Source: an uncultured Chloroflexia bacterium (GTDB lineage Bacteria; Chloroflexota; Limnocylindria; Limnocylindrales; CSP1-4). From it: a stretch of DNA of 64,000 bases. The first letter of the stretch is position 1, and each line of letters opens with the position of its first letter. The position numbers and the translations under genes were made by a program. Under the pieces are notes generated by a model, which saw nothing but the letters and a program-made list of their open reading frames with translations, had not been told where the DNA came from and ran no database searches. Positions 39,032 to 49,922 of this stretch are shown here, piece by piece. Where the stretch lies: positions 1,536,001 to 1,600,000 of the forward strand of contig OY970218.1 of the NCBI GenBank assembly GCA_963713975.1, in the 5' to 3' direction.

Positions 39032-39940
39032 TCAATCCCGGGCGGACTCCGTCTCGGCAGCGGCCATCGCGGCACCCACGATCCCGGCGTCGTTGCGCAG
39101 CTTGGCCGGGACCACCTGGGCACGGACGGTCAGGCGGGGGACGAACAGGTCCGCGCGCTTGGAGACACCACCGCCGATGATGAACAGCCGGGGCGAGAAC
39201 AGCCGCTCGATCGCGAGCAGGTGCTCGTCGAGGTCCTGTGCCCACGCCTTCCAGGAGATGCCCCGCCGCACGCGGGCCACCGAAGCCGAACGGCGCTCCG
39301 CGTCCCGGCCACGGATCTCCATGTGGCCCAGCTCCAGATTCGGGACCAGTATCCCGTTGTAGAACAGGGCGGAACCGGTGCCGGTCCCGAGTGTGATCAG
39401 GAAGACGGATCCCCGCTGGTCGATGCCGGCCCCGAAGCGCATCTCCGCCACGCCTGCGGCGTCCGCATCGTTGACCATGTGGACGGGGCGACCGAGGACA
39501 CGTTCCAGCGCCGCGTCCGCGTTGAAGTCCACCCAGCCGGGATCGACGTTCGCAGCGCTCTTCGTTACGCCATCGATGACGACGGACGGGAACCCGACGC
39601 CTACCGGTGTGACCTCGTCGAGCCTCACCTCGTTCACGATCTTGCGGACCATGCGGGCGATGGATGCCACGACCGCCGCCGGTGTCGACGGCTGCGGCGT
39701 CGGGACCCGATGGCGGAGCCCGATCAACTCGCCGGTCCCGAGGTCCACCGCGGCGGCCTTGATGCCACTGCCGCCCACGTCCACGCCGATGGCGACGGGC
39801 CGGTCCCCCGGGTCGATGGGACCGCCCTCGGCGGCAGGAGCCTTGTCCTGGTCGTCCCCCGTGTGAGCATCGACCAGCGCCTCGGCCTCGGCGGCGATTG
39901 CGGCCGTCGGGTCGTCGTGGGGCTGGATGTCGTCGTCCAC
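39032..39940 (-). CDS. ppgK: Polyphosphate glucokinase (ROK family)
   Basis: [54 protein letters not shown]. Confidence 0.88.
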   Translation of the reverse strand: MDDDIQPHDDPTAAIAAEAEALVDAHTGDDQDKAPAAEGGPIDPGDRPVAIGVDVGGSGIKAAAVDLGTGELIGLRHRVPTPQPSTPAAVVASIARMVRKIVNEVRLDEVTPVGVGFPSVVIDGVTKSAANVDPGWVDFNADAALERVLGRPVHMVNDADAAGVAEMRFGAGIDQRGSVFLITLGTGTGSALFYNGILVPNLELGHMEIRGRDAERRSASVARVRRGISWKAWAQDLDEHLLAIERLFSPRLFIIGGGVSKRADLFVPRLTVRAQVVPAKLRNDAGIVGAAMAAAETESARD

Positions 39941-40191
39941 GGGAAGGCTCCTCGCGCATATGACCGGGCGGATCGGTCGCGATCCGGCCAGCCTGGGTCG
40001 CTCACGGTACTACCGCGACATGAACACGGTAGCGTCGTTCACCGAAATCGACCCGCGCCGGATCCTGGGGTCGGCGGCGGGAGGGCGGAACCGGCGCCAG
40101 TACATCCGTACTGGAGTCAGGTGACTGGTGCGGGCGTACAACAGGGCAACCACGAGTTCGTGGTCGATACAGGCGGAGAGAGCCTCGCCGG

Positions 40192-41799
40192 ATGCAGACT
40201 CCTGCAACCCGCATGGCGCGTCCCATTCGCACCAGTCTGGTGCGCTGGTTTGCCGCGTGCACGCTGCTGTGGCTTGGCACGACGCTGCTGATCGCGGCGC
40301 AGGCGATCCCGAGCTCGCAGCTGGTTCCGATGGCCTGGCTGCTGCTCGTGGTGCTCATCTGCCTGCTGTCGTGGGCGTGGCTGCTCCGGATCATGCGCCA
40401 GATCGAGGAGCTCGGCCAGGAGCAGGACGGGCTCACGGATGCCTATGACATGGCACTCCTGGAGGCGATGGGCGACGGGCTGACCGGCCTCGGCAACCAC
40501 CGGGCGTTCCAGGAGGAGCTCGACCGCCAGGTCGTCAAGACCCGCGAGGAGTCCGGATCGATCGCCCTCCTGTTCGTGGACGTGGACGACCTCAAGCAGG
40601 TCAATGAGACACAGGGCCACGCCGCGGGTGACGAGCTGCTGCGCGCGACGGCCCGCATCATCCTGGGCAGTGTCCACCGGTCCGAGCGCGGGTTCCGGAT
40701 CGGCGGCGACGAGTTCGCGGTGGTGCTGCCGGATTCCGGTCCGGACGGGGCCGTCCGCATCGCGCGCCAGATCCTGGCCGGTGCGTTGAGCGGGGGCTCG
40801 GGGACGCTCGGCGTGGCCCCGTTCTCGCTGACCGTCGGCGTCTCGGCGCTGCCGATGCTCGCCCGCGACCGCAAGCAGCTCACCCACCAGGCGGACGCCG
40901 CGCTGTATTGGGGCAAGCGCCACGGCCGAACGGACGTCCAGCTGTTCGACCCCAACCGGCACGGCATCGTCGACGACGGACGCTCGCTGCCCGAGATCGC
41001 GGCCGCCGTGGCCCGGGTCGCCACGGACCGGCTCCTGACGCCCGTGTACCAGCCGATCCACTGCCTGAAGACAGGTCGCGTGCTCGGGTACGAGGGGCTC
41101 GTCCGCCCGAGCCCGGCCGCGGGGTTCGCCAACGCGAGCGCCCTGTTCGTGGCCGCCGAGTCGACCGACCATGTCGTTGAGCTCGACCTGGCCAGCCTGG
41201 ACACCGTGTTGACGGGCGCGCGGGCGCTGGACGCCGACCTCTACCTGTCCGTCAACCTCTCGCCGCGCTCACTGGAGGCCGAGGCCTTCCGGCCCCAGGA
41301 GTTCCTCGCCCTGGCCCGGCAGCGCGGGATCGACCCCAGCCGGATCGTCCTGGAGCTGACCGAGCGCGAGGCCGTGGAAGATCTCGAGCGCCTTCGCCAC
41401 GCCATCGGCGTGCTGCGCCGCTATGGCGTCCGTATCGCCGCCGACGACGTCGGCGCTGGCAACGCCGGCCTCAGGCTGCTGCGGGAGCTCGAGTTCGACA
41501 TCGTGAAGGTCGACCTCTCCCTGGTGCAGGCCGGGGTCCGCGACGATTCCTCCGAGGCCGTGATGCGGGCCCTGGGCGAGCTCGCCAAGCGGCGGAACCA
41601 GAAGACCGTCGCCGAAGGGGTCGAGACGCCGGACCAGCTCCTCGCCGTGATCGAGATGGGGTTCGACGCGGCCCAAGGCTATCTGCTCCACCGCCCCGGG
41701 CCCGCGCTCAACGCCGAGCGCCTCGATCTTGCCCGGATCGCATTCCCGCCGGACCTCGCGCCCGCCCCGTTCGCAGCCGACCGATCGCCGAGCGCCTGA
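40192..41799 (+). CDS. Membrane-anchored GGDEF-EAL protein
   Basis: 2 TM; DGLTGLGN, GHAAGD, GGDEF; YQPI, EGLVR, ELTE, DDVGAG, AEGVET, QGY. Confidence 0.92.
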   Translation: MQTPATRMARPIRTSLVRWFAACTLLWLGTTLLIAAQAIPSSQLVPMAWLLLVVLICLLSWAWLLRIMRQIEELGQEQDGLTDAYDMALLEAMGDGLTGLGNHRAFQEELDRQVVKTREESGSIALLFVDVDDLKQVNETQGHAAGDELLRATARIILGSVHRSERGFRIGGDEFAVVLPDSGPDGAVRIARQILAGALSGGSGTLGVAPFSLTVGVSALPMLARDRKQLTHQADAALYWGKRHGRTDVQLFDPNRHGIVDDGRSLPEIAAAVARVATDRLLTPVYQPIHCLKTGRVLGYEGLVRPSPAAGFANASALFVAAESTDHVVELDLASLDTVLTGARALDADLYLSVNLSPRSLEAEAFRPQEFLALARQRGIDPSRIVLELTEREAVEDLERLRHAIGVLRRYGVRIAADDVGAGNAGLRLLRELEFDIVKVDLSLVQAGVRDDSSEAVMRALGELAKRRNQKTVAEGVETPDQLLAVIEMGFDAAQGYLLHRPGPALNAERLDLARIAFPPDLAPAPFAADRSPSA

Positions 41800-41827
41800 C
41801 CGGACGCGGCGTGCGAGCCGGTCCCAG

Positions 41828-42610
41828 TCAGTAGATGAAGGTCGTGTCCGAGGGGAACGAGAACTCGAACGCCGACGGCGGCAGCGTGGCGTCCGGCTGG
41901 TAGCTCGTCACGCGCGCATCGCGGGTGACCCGGCCGCCGATGGACTCCTCCAAGCGCAGGATCACCCCGTCGCTCTGATCCACCGCGATCCGGATCGCGA
42001 AGTCCGGCCGATCCGCGGCGACCTCCACGGTGCGTGGGTGATCGCACTCGAGCACGATCGCCTCGCGCCCGGCCACCTCGGTTGTCCCCGTAACGCGGCA
42101 GCTCCCCGTCCCGAGGACGTTCTGACAGTAGCCCGCCGGGTGAATGAACAGCTCGGGCAGCGACTCCATCTGGAGCGGTGTCACGGACAGGTACACCCGC
42201 GACGACCCGGGCAGGTCCGGACCGTCCGTCCCGCGGACGACGGGGCGTGCCGGACGCCGGGTCCCGAGCTTGCGACTCGCCACGTAGGTCTGCACGGTCG
42301 TCCCGTCGGTCTGCCAGATCTCGTAGCTGCCGGTGATCCCCTGGTCCGGATACGAGGTCAGGATCCTCGCTTCGCCGGGATGGCGAAGCGTGACCTCGAC
42401 CTGGGCCAGCTCCTCGCCGCGTGACGTCCAGACCCGCTCCTCAATGTGCATCCGGACCGTTGCGAAGCGGAGCTCCGCATCGCGCATGAACGTGAACAGG
42501 TCGGCGACCGAGGGAAGGCCGGCGCGCAGCGCCGCGACCTCGGGTCGGGCCGGACCGGTGACTGGGACGGGGAGGGAACCGGCGCGGTCCCATGCTCGGG
42601 TGGCGGACAT
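41828..42610 (-). CDS. LolA/RseB-like fold protein without signal peptide
   Basis: TEVAGREAIVL, IAVDQSDGVILR, C-terminal LPPSAFEFSFP pattern; TACAAT 7 nt upstream. Confidence 0.55.
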   Translation of the reverse strand: MSATRAWDRAGSLPVPVTGPARPEVAALRAGLPSVADLFTFMRDAELRFATVRMHIEERVWTSRGEELAQVEVTLRHPGEARILTSYPDQGITGSYEIWQTDGTTVQTYVASRKLGTRRPARPVVRGTDGPDLPGSSRVYLSVTPLQMESLPELFIHPAGYCQNVLGTGSCRVTGTTEVAGREAIVLECDHPRTVEVAADRPDFAIRIAVDQSDGVILRLEESIGGRVTRDARVTSYQPDATLPPSAFEFSFPSDTTFIY

Positions 42611-42718
42611 GGCGCGGATTGTAACGGGCGACCGGGCGCCGGGACAGCGGCATCCGCGGGCCGCGGTGCAGGCGACCCCGGCAGGCGCGGTGCGTGCGAC
42701 CCGGGACTCGCCCGGGGA

Positions 42719-44134
42719 TCAGCCGCCGCCCGCCCCTCCCTCGAGGCCCGGTTCGGTCATCCTGGCCGGGTCCAGCAGCTCGTCGAGCCGGTCCGGTGCG
42801 ATGCCCTTCTCGAGCGCCAGCTCCCGGATCGTCCGCCCGGTCTTGAACCCCTCCTTGGCGAGCGCTGCGGCCGCGTCGTAGCCGATCTCCGGGGCCAGCG
42901 CGGTCGCCAGCATCAGCCCCTGCTGGACGAGCAGCGGGCCACGATCCGTCGCCTTCAGGCCCTCCACCAGCCGGACCTTGAAGTTGCGGGCCGATGCCCC
43001 GAGGAGCGTGATGGACTCGAGGAGCGCCAGCGCCGTCACCGGCATCATCACGTTGAGCTCGAGGAATGAGCCGGTCTGGCCGAACGCGACCGTGGCGTCG
43101 TTGCCGACGACCCGGGCCACGACCATCGTGAGCGACTCCACGATCACCGGGTTCACCTTGCCCGGCATGATCGACGAACCGGGTTGGGTCTCTGGCAGCG
43201 CCAGCTCCGCGAGGCCGGCACGCGGACCCATGCCCATGAACCTGATGTCCGACGCGATCTTCCACAGGCCCAGCGCGACGGCTCGCAGCCCGCCGTGCGC
43301 CGCGATCGCCGCGTCCAGCGTCGCCTGTGCATGGAAGTGGTTCGACGCCTCGCGGACGTGGAGGCCGGTGATCTCGGACAGGCGCATGCAGGCGCGGGCC
43401 GCGTACTCGGGATGGGCGTTGATCCCCGTCCCGACGGCGGTCCCGCCCAGCGGCACCGTGAGCAGCTCGTCCCGGGCGGCCTGGGCCCGGCGGATCGCCT
43501 CCTCGACCTGGCCGGCGTAGCCGGCGAACTCCTGGCCGAGGCGGATCGGGGTGGCGTCCTGGAGGTGGGTTCGACCGGTCTTGACGACGTCCCAGAACTC
43601 GTCCGCCTTGGTCGCGAGGGCGGCCTGGAGCTCGATGAGGGCCGGAATCAGCTCCTCCTCGATCGCGACCGCGCCGGCAAGCTGGAGCGCCGTGGGGATC
43701 GTGTCGTTGGAGCTCTGGCACTTGTTCACGTCGTCGTTGGGGTGGACCTTCGCACCGCCCAGCCGCGCCGCCGCGAGGTGGCCGATCACCTCGTTCATGT
43801 TGGTGTTGGTGCTGGTCCCCGAGCCCGTCTGGTAGACGTCGATGGGGAAGTGGGCGTCATAGCCGCCCTCGGCAACCTCTCCAGCCGCCGCGATGATGGC
43901 CGAGGCCTTGGCGGCGTCGAGCAGGCCCAGCTCCGCATTGGTCTCGGCGGCGGCGATCTTCACCAGCGCGAGCGCCCGCAGGAAGCGGCGAGGCATCGGC
44001 TGTCCGGAGATCGGGAAGTTGAGGACGGCGCGTTGCGTGGAGGCGCCGTACAGGGCGTCGGCGGGGACCTCCATCTCGCCCATGGAGTCGCGCTCGATCC
44101 TGGTGGCCGTGGTGGCGTTCGTCTCGGTGCTCAT
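42719..44134 (-). CDS. fumC: Class II fumarate hydratase
   Basis: RIERDSMG, QTGSGTSTN, HPND, KTGRTHLQDATP, GSSIMPGKVNP. Confidence 0.95.
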   Translation of the reverse strand: MSTETNATTATRIERDSMGEMEVPADALYGASTQRAVLNFPISGQPMPRRFLRALALVKIAAAETNAELGLLDAAKASAIIAAAGEVAEGGYDAHFPIDVYQTGSGTSTNTNMNEVIGHLAAARLGGAKVHPNDDVNKCQSSNDTIPTALQLAGAVAIEEELIPALIELQAALATKADEFWDVVKTGRTHLQDATPIRLGQEFAGYAGQVEEAIRRAQAARDELLTVPLGGTAVGTGINAHPEYAARACMRLSEITGLHVREASNHFHAQATLDAAIAAHGGLRAVALGLWKIASDIRFMGMGPRAGLAELALPETQPGSSIMPGKVNPVIVESLTMVVARVVGNDATVAFGQTGSFLELNVMMPVTALALLESITLLGASARNFKVRLVEGLKATDRGPLLVQQGLMLATALAPEIGYDAAAALAKEGFKTGRTIRELALEKGIAPDRLDELLDPARMTEPGLEGGAGGG

Positions 44135-44210
44135 GCCCGCGATGGTAGTGCCGGTCGCGTCCGCGCGTGAGGTGCCTGTTGGCCCGGTGGCAGGGCCGTA
44201 TGCTCCGGGG

Positions 44211-44747
44211 GTGAACGTCTCGACCGCCGAGTTCCGCACCGTGATGGGCCAGTTTGCGACCGGGGTCACCGTCGTGACCACGCTGGACGGGGAGCGGCCC
44301 CTCGGGATCACTGTCAACGCCCTGACGTCGGTCAGCCTCGATCCCGCGACGGTGGTGATCGCCCTCGACCGCAGGCGGTTCATCGTCCCGGCGATCGACG
44401 CGCTCCGCGGCTACGCCGTGAACGTCCTGGCCGAGGACCAGCAGTGGTTGTCCGACTGCTTCGCCGGGGCCAGCGTCACCCCGGGGCGGGACGCGTTCTG
44501 CGGGGCGGCCTGGCACCCGGGCGCCACGGGCCTGCCCCTGCTGGACGGCGCCATCGCGGCGATGGAATGTGAGGTCGTGGACCGTTTCGAGGTCGGCGAC
44601 CACTACCTCTACGTGGGGCAGGTTGGCGCCCTGGCGCTCGACGAGCCGCATGCGCCGCCGCTGCTCTACCACCGCAAGCGGTACCTGCGGATCGAGCGTG
44701 CGATCTCCTCGAACGTGGTTGGCAAGCCCGAGTCGCCGGAGGGCTGA
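44211..44747 (+). CDS. Flavin reductase (HpaC/DIM6-NTAB family)
   Basis: FRTVMGQFATGVTVVT, SVSLDP, GDH, PLLY. Confidence 0.9.
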   Translation: MNVSTAEFRTVMGQFATGVTVVTTLDGERPLGITVNALTSVSLDPATVVIALDRRRFIVPAIDALRGYAVNVLAEDQQWLSDCFAGASVTPGRDAFCGAAWHPGATGLPLLDGAIAAMECEVVDRFEVGDHYLYVGQVGALALDEPHAPPLLYHRKRYLRIERAISSNVVGKPESPEG

Positions 44748-44783
44748 GCATGGCGCACGCGAACGGCGCCGAAGGAGGGACCG

Positions 44784-45602
44784 ATGACGGACCAGGACAC
44801 GCGGCCCGACGACTCCCCGCTGGTGCAGGTCGCATTCCCGGCCGGTGACGGCCCCCTCGCGCATGTGGCGCTCCTGACCCTCGACCGCCCCGAGGCGATG
44901 AACGCCCTGTCCTTCGCGCTCGTCGCGGAGCTGGGCGGGATCCTGGCCGTGCTCGATGGGGACGAGGCCTGCCGGGCCATCGTGATCACCGGCGCCGGCG
45001 ACCGCGCGTTCGCCGCCGGTGCGGACATCCGCGAGCTCGCCGGTGAGTCGCCGCACTCGCTGCACGATGCAGACCCGTTCGCGGCGCTCGATGGCATCGG
45101 TGACCTGCGGACGCCCGTCATCGCCGCCGTCCGCGGCTTCGCGCTCGGCGGAGGCTGCGAGCTGGCCATGGCCTGCGACCTGATCGTCGCCGGCGACAAC
45201 GCCCAGCTCGGCCAGCCCGAGATCAGGCTCGGCGTGATCCCGGGCGCGGGCGGGACCCAGCGCCTGACACGGGCCATCGGGCGGGCCCGGGCCATGGAGC
45301 TCATCCTGACCGGACGCCGGATCGGCGCAGCCGAGGCAGAACGGATGGGCCTCGTGACCAAGGTGGTCCCGGCCGACGAGACCGTGGACCGCGCGCTGGA
45401 GCTGGCGGGCCGGATCGCCGAGATGCCGCCGCTTGCCGTCGCCGCGGCCAAGGCGTCCGTGAACGCGACCCAGGGCCTGTCCTTGGCCCGGGGGCTCCGC
45501 TTCGAGCGCGACCGTTTCGAAGCCCTGTTTGCCACGGACGACCAGCGCGAGGGCATGGTCGCGTTCCTGGAGAAGCGCCCCGCGGTGTGGACGGGCAGCT
45601 GA
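44784..45602 (+). CDS. Enoyl-CoA hydratase (PaaF-like)
   Basis: AFAAGADI, ALGGGCE, GQPE, PGAGGTQRL, DQREGM. Confidence 0.92.
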   Translation: MTDQDTRPDDSPLVQVAFPAGDGPLAHVALLTLDRPEAMNALSFALVAELGGILAVLDGDEACRAIVITGAGDRAFAAGADIRELAGESPHSLHDADPFAALDGIGDLRTPVIAAVRGFALGGGCELAMACDLIVAGDNAQLGQPEIRLGVIPGAGGTQRLTRAIGRARAMELILTGRRIGAAEAERMGLVTKVVPADETVDRALELAGRIAEMPPLAVAAAKASVNATQGLSLARGLRFERDRFEALFATDDQREGMVAFLEKRPAVWTGS

Positions 45603-45661
45603 CGTCTCGGATGCCCTCTGGCCGCCCGCAGCCCAGCCCGCCCGACGGGCGGACCAACGCG

Positions 45662-46471
45662 TCAGGAACGCGACTCTGACCGCAGCACCCGGGCAAGGAA
45701 TGCGCGGGTGCGTGGCTGCTGCGGATCGTCGAGCACGTCCGTCGGCGCTCCAGCCTCCAGGACGACGCCGTCATCGAGGAAGACCAGCGAGTCGGCGACC
45801 TCGCGCGCGAAGCCCATCTCGTGCGTGACGACGACCATGGTCATGCCGCCGTCGGCGAGTTGGCGCATAGCGTCGAGCACCTCGCCGACCAGCTCCGGGT
45901 CCAGCGCCGAGGTCGGCTCGTCGAAGAGCATCAACTTGGGGTCCATCGCGAGGGCGCGCGCGATGGCGACGCGCTGCTGCTGACCGCCGGAGAGCTGGGC
46001 CGGATAGGCATTCGCCTTGTGCGCGAGGCCGACGCTCGCGAGCAGCTCGCGGGCCCGATCCTCCGCCTCGGACCTCACCACCTTCCGGACAGAGACCATC
46101 GCCATCGTCACGTTGCCGAGCGCCGTCACGTGCGGGAAGAGGTTGAACCGCTGGAAGACCATCCCGATCTCGCGGCGCTGGAGCGCGGCCTGCCTGTGCG
46201 GCATCTCGTGGAGGGCGCCACCGCGCTCCACGTACCCGATCAGCACGCCATCGACGTAGAGCCGACCCGCGCTGATCTGCTCCAGGTGGTTGACGCACCG
46301 CAGGAAGGTGGACTTGCCCGATCCCGACGGCCCGATGAGGCACATCACCTCGCCCGGCATCACGGTCAGGCTGACGCCCTTCAGAACCTCGAGGGCGCCG
46401 AAGCTCTTGTACACGCTCCGAGCCTCCACCATGGGGCGGACGGCGGCGCCCGGCGGCGCCGATGTGGTCAT
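45662..46471 (-). CDS. Polar amino-acid ABC transporter ATPase
   Basis: [43 protein letters not shown]. Confidence 0.95.
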   Translation of the reverse strand: MTTSAPPGAAVRPMVEARSVYKSFGALEVLKGVSLTVMPGEVMCLIGPSGSGKSTFLRCVNHLEQISAGRLYVDGVLIGYVERGGALHEMPHRQAALQRREIGMVFQRFNLFPHVTALGNVTMAMVSVRKVVRSEAEDRARELLASVGLAHKANAYPAQLSGGQQQRVAIARALAMDPKLMLFDEPTSALDPELVGEVLDAMRQLADGGMTMVVVTHEMGFAREVADSLVFLDDGVVLEAGAPTDVLDDPQQPRTRAFLARVLRSESRS

Positions 46472-47433
46472 GCGCCGGCTCCCGCGGTCGGGCCGGCCTT
46501 TTCCTCGGCGTCAGCGAGGGCCTGGAGCTGCCGGTCGGACAGCGTGCGCGAGGCACCTCTCGCAAAGTACCGCTCGAGGTACGACTGGCCGACCATCAGG
46601 ATCGACGTGAAGAACAGATACCAGGTGGACGCGATGAGGAGCATGGGCACCGGATTGAACGTCTCTACGGCCAGGTCGCGGGTCCGGCTGTAGAGGTCGA
46701 AGGTGTAGGGGACCGCCGTGACCAGCGAGGTCGTCTTGAGCATCGAGATCAGCTCGTTGCCCGTCGGCGGGATGATCGCACGCATGGCCTGCGGGAGGAC
46801 GACGAGCCGGAGCGTCTGCCCGCGTGACATCCCGAGTGCAGTCGCTGCCTCCGTCTGTCCCTCGTCCACCGTCTGGATTCCGGCCCGGACGATCTCCGCC
46901 ATGTAGGCGGCCTCGTTCAGGCCCAGGCCGATGACGGCGAGCCAGAACACGTCCTCGGCGAAGCTCGAGGTCGGAATGCTGAACAGCGGGTCTAGGGTCG
47001 GCAGGCCGATGCCGACCCTCGGGTAGATGGTCGAGAGCAAGCCCCAGAACACCAGCTGAATGTAGACCGGTGTTCCACGGAAGACCCACAGGTAGACCCA
47101 GCTGGTGGACCGGGTGACGGGGTTGGGGGTCAGCCGCATGATCGCGAGCACGACCCCCAGCGCCACGCCGATCACCATCGAGAGGAGCGTGAGGATGAGC
47201 GTGTTTCCCGCCGCCTGGACGACCCGCGGGTCGAACAGGTACTGGCGGTAGGTGTCCCAGCTGTACGCCTCGTTGGTCGCCGCGCCATGCAGGAACAGGA
47301 CGATGGCGACCAGGATGAAGGCTGCGGCGAGGTTCCGGGCCCGGTGCGGGAGTGCGATGGCCTTGATGCGGTCCGGGGGTCCGGACGGCGCCATGCCCCG
47401 GCCGGCAGGCCCGGTGCTCGTCGCGGCGCTCAT
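46468..47433 (-). CDS. Polar amino-acid ABC transporter permease
   Basis: [21 protein letters not shown] loop, LKTTSL. Confidence 0.94.
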   Translation of the reverse strand: MSAATSTGPAGRGMAPSGPPDRIKAIALPHRARNLAAAFILVAIVLFLHGAATNEAYSWDTYRQYLFDPRVVQAAGNTLILTLLSMVIGVALGVVLAIMRLTPNPVTRSTSWVYLWVFRGTPVYIQLVFWGLLSTIYPRVGIGLPTLDPLFSIPTSSFAEDVFWLAVIGLGLNEAAYMAEIVRAGIQTVDEGQTEAATALGMSRGQTLRLVVLPQAMRAIIPPTGNELISMLKTTSLVTAVPYTFDLYSRTRDLAVETFNPVPMLLIASTWYLFFTSILMVGQSYLERYFARGASRTLSDRQLQALADAEEKAGPTAGAGA

Positions 47434-47434
47434 C

Positions 47435-48367
47435 TCAGTAGACGGCGCCGTCGATCGTCGCCGTGTCGATCGCGCCGTCCTGGACGCCCCACCGGGTCAG
47501 GATCTTCAGGTACGTGCCGTCGTCCATCAGCGACTGCATCGCAGCCTGAATCGCCTTGGTCATCGATCCGTCCTTCGGCAGCGCGATGCCGAACGGGGCC
47601 GCGTCGGACATCTCTCCCGCCGCCACCAGCTTGCCGCCCGTCTGGCTGATCGCGTACTGGGTAACCGGCGAGTCGGCGCTGAAGGCGTCCGCGCGACCAA
47701 GGACCACCGCGTTGGTGATGTCGCCCTGGGTATCGAGCTTGAGGATCTCGAGCGGGGGCTTGCCGGCGTCGACGCAGGCCTGGCTCCTCGCCGGGAGCTC
47801 GTCGGTCTCCTGCCAGGTGCCGGTCCCGACCGCGATCTTCAGGCCGCAGGCGTTGTCCGGGTCGATGGTCTTGCCGGCCTGCGTCGCCCACAGGATGCCG
47901 GCGTTGAAGTAGTCGACGAACTGGACCGACCCTTGGCGTTCCTTCGTGTCGGTGAACGACGCCCAACCGACGTTGTACTTGCCGCCCTTCACGCCCGGGA
48001 TGATGTTGTCGAACTGCGCGTCGCGGAGGTCTGCCTCGAGGCCGAGGCGAGCCGCCAGCGCCTGGACGAGCTCGATCCCCCACCCGGTCGGGTTGCCGTC
48101 TGGGTCCTTGAACTCGTCGGGCGAGTACGTGAGGTTGGTGCCCACGATCAGCTTGCCGCTGTCGCGCACCTCGGCCGGCAGCAGGGCGACCGCAGCGGCG
48201 TCCGCCTGGATCGCCGCCGCCGGCGCCGTCGCCTCGGGTGCCGCGGACGCTCCGGCCGAGGGAGTCGAGCTCGCTGCGGAGCAGGCGGCCACGGCCAGCG
48301 CGAGGGTTGAGGCGAGCGCGGTCGCCATCCATCGGGTCCGGTCGGGTCGCGTCATGATTCGTTTCAT
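47435..48367 (-). CDS. Amino-acid ABC transporter substrate-binding lipoprotein (SBP_bac_3)
   Basis: Lipobox VAAC; FDNIIPG, FTDTKER, GTYLKILTRWG; ATGA overlap with kinase stop. Confidence 0.9.
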   Translation of the reverse strand: MKRIMTRPDRTRWMATALASTLALAVAACSAASSTPSAGASAAPEATAPAAAIQADAAAVALLPAEVRDSGKLIVGTNLTYSPDEFKDPDGNPTGWGIELVQALAARLGLEADLRDAQFDNIIPGVKGGKYNVGWASFTDTKERQGSVQFVDYFNAGILWATQAGKTIDPDNACGLKIAVGTGTWQETDELPARSQACVDAGKPPLEILKLDTQGDITNAVVLGRADAFSADSPVTQYAISQTGGKLVAAGEMSDAAPFGIALPKDGSMTKAIQAAMQSLMDDGTYLKILTRWGVQDGAIDTATIDGAVY

Positions 48368-49398
48368 CTGGGCTGCCTTTCGCTGCTGGGGGGCCTGGTG
48401 TTGATCGGACCGGGCGCCATGGCGGCGCCATGTCGGGCCGGCAGGGGAAGGGAGAGCCGGATCCCACGCGCCTCGCCGAAGGCGAGGACATCGGCCTCGC
48501 TCGCGGCACCGGCCCGGCCTCCGATGACGGTGCACGCCCGCGCCGCAGCGACGTTCGCGAAGCGGGCGGCGAGGACGGCATCACCCGTCCGGTGGAGCGC
48601 GTGGATGAACGAGGCGCCGAAGGTGTCGCCGGCGCCGGTGACATCGACCGGATCGACGCTGATCCCCGGGATGACGACCTCGGCCGATCCGTCGAAGACA
48701 CGGCAGCCGTCCGGCCCGAGAGTCACGACCACAACTTCGGCCGCGCCCGCGAGGAGCGCGGCGACGGTCTCGGCACCACTCCGGCCTCCCCGGAGGCGTT
48801 CGAAGCCTCGGCGGTTCATCAACAGGATGTCCACGCTCCTGAGGAGCGCCTCGTCGCCCGGACGCAGCGCCCCGACGTCCAGGTCCAGGACGAGGCATGC
48901 TCCCGCCGACCGGAATGCGTCGACCACGGCACCGGCGTCCCGGCCGCCGTGCCGGAGCGACCGCAGGTCGCCGATGGCAGTGTAGACGTGGGTCGCGCCG
49001 CACAGCGCGTCGAGCGCCACGTCGCTGAGCTCGATCGCCTCGAGGCCGAGGGCCGGTGTCAGCACGGTATGCTCGCCATCGGCCAGCACGATGATGTTTC
49101 GCGAATCCGCGAGCGCCGGGTCGGCAAGCACGAGGCCCGTGTCGATCCCGAGAGCCTCGAGCTCGTCGAGGAGCGCGCGGGACATCGGGCTCTGGTTCAT
49201 CACCCACAGGAATCGCGTCGGCGCGCCGTAGGCGGCATGGACTGCCGCCGCATTCGCGATCATGCCGCCGGCGAACGAGCCGGCCGGAACGATGTCGACC
49301 TTCTCGCCGGAGCCGGGCCAGCGGTCCGCGCGGAAGTACTCGTCGAGCGCGACGTCGCCGAGGAAGACGGCGGCGTTGCGCGCCGGCCCGGCGGTCAC
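48364..49398 (-). CDS. PfkB family carbohydrate kinase
   Basis: AGGMIANAA, VTLGPDG, DVTGAGDTF. Confidence 0.9.
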   Translation of the reverse strand: MTAGPARNAAVFLGDVALDEYFRADRWPGSGEKVDIVPAGSFAGGMIANAAAVHAAYGAPTRFLWVMNQSPMSRALLDELEALGIDTGLVLADPALADSRNIIVLADGEHTVLTPALGLEAIELSDVALDALCGATHVYTAIGDLRSLRHGGRDAGAVVDAFRSAGACLVLDLDVGALRPGDEALLRSVDILLMNRRGFERLRGGRSGAETVAALLAGAAEVVVVTLGPDGCRVFDGSAEVVIPGISVDPVDVTGAGDTFGASFIHALHRTGDAVLAARFANVAAARACTVIGGRAGAASEADVLAFGEARGIRLSLPLPARHGAAMAPGPINTRPPSSERQPR

Positions 49399-49922
49399 GA
49401 GGCGGGCTCCGAGCCCGGCGCCGACCGGGGTTCGGCCGCTGGCGCCCCCACTTGGACCGGGCCGCCGAGGATCTCCGCCCAAGGCGACTCGGGCGAGGCG
49501 CTGACCCCGGCGAGCCAGTAGTAGTGGCTCGGGCCCCCGATCCCCATGGCCTCGCTGTGCCAGATGCCGGGATCCAGGGAGAGACATTCGCCGGGGCGGA
49601 CGAGGACCGCGCGAACGCTGTCCACGTCCGGCCGGGTCGCTGGGTCGGCTGACAGGAGGAGGGCGACCGGCTTCCCAAGGCAGAGGAGCCCCTCGCGGGT
49701 GGTGGGGTGGCGCTCCATCCGCGCGACGTCACGGGGCAGGGCTGGACCCGAGGTCATACCCACGTGGACGGCGCCGATCACCACCGGCTCGACCGTGTAC
49801 CGGTCGCGAACGCCCTCGATCGGCTCGGCGACCACGTCGGGGCCGTCGCCGGCGAGGTCGAAGATCCGGCCGAACGGCGCCATCGCGGCTGCATCGGGCG
49901 GCGCGGGAACGAGCGATCTCAC
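49395..49922 (-). CDS. Ureidoglycolate lyase (AllA)-like cupin
   Basis: APFG, MERHPTTRE, PGIWH. Confidence 0.7.
   Translation of the reverse strand: MRSLVPAPPDAAAMAPFGRIFDLAGDGPDVVAEPIEGVRDRYTVEPVVIGAVHVGMTSGPALPRDVARMERHPTTREGLLCLGKPVALLLSADPATRPDVDSVRAVLVRPGECLSLDPGIWHSEAMGIGGPSHYYWLAGVSASPESPWAEILGGPVQVGAPAAEPRSAPGSEPAS

Noticed and set aside
40135-40200. c-di-GMP-I riboswitch
   Set aside because: Only ACAGGGCAA resembles it; GNRA tetraloop and GACGCAAAGC-like junction are absent
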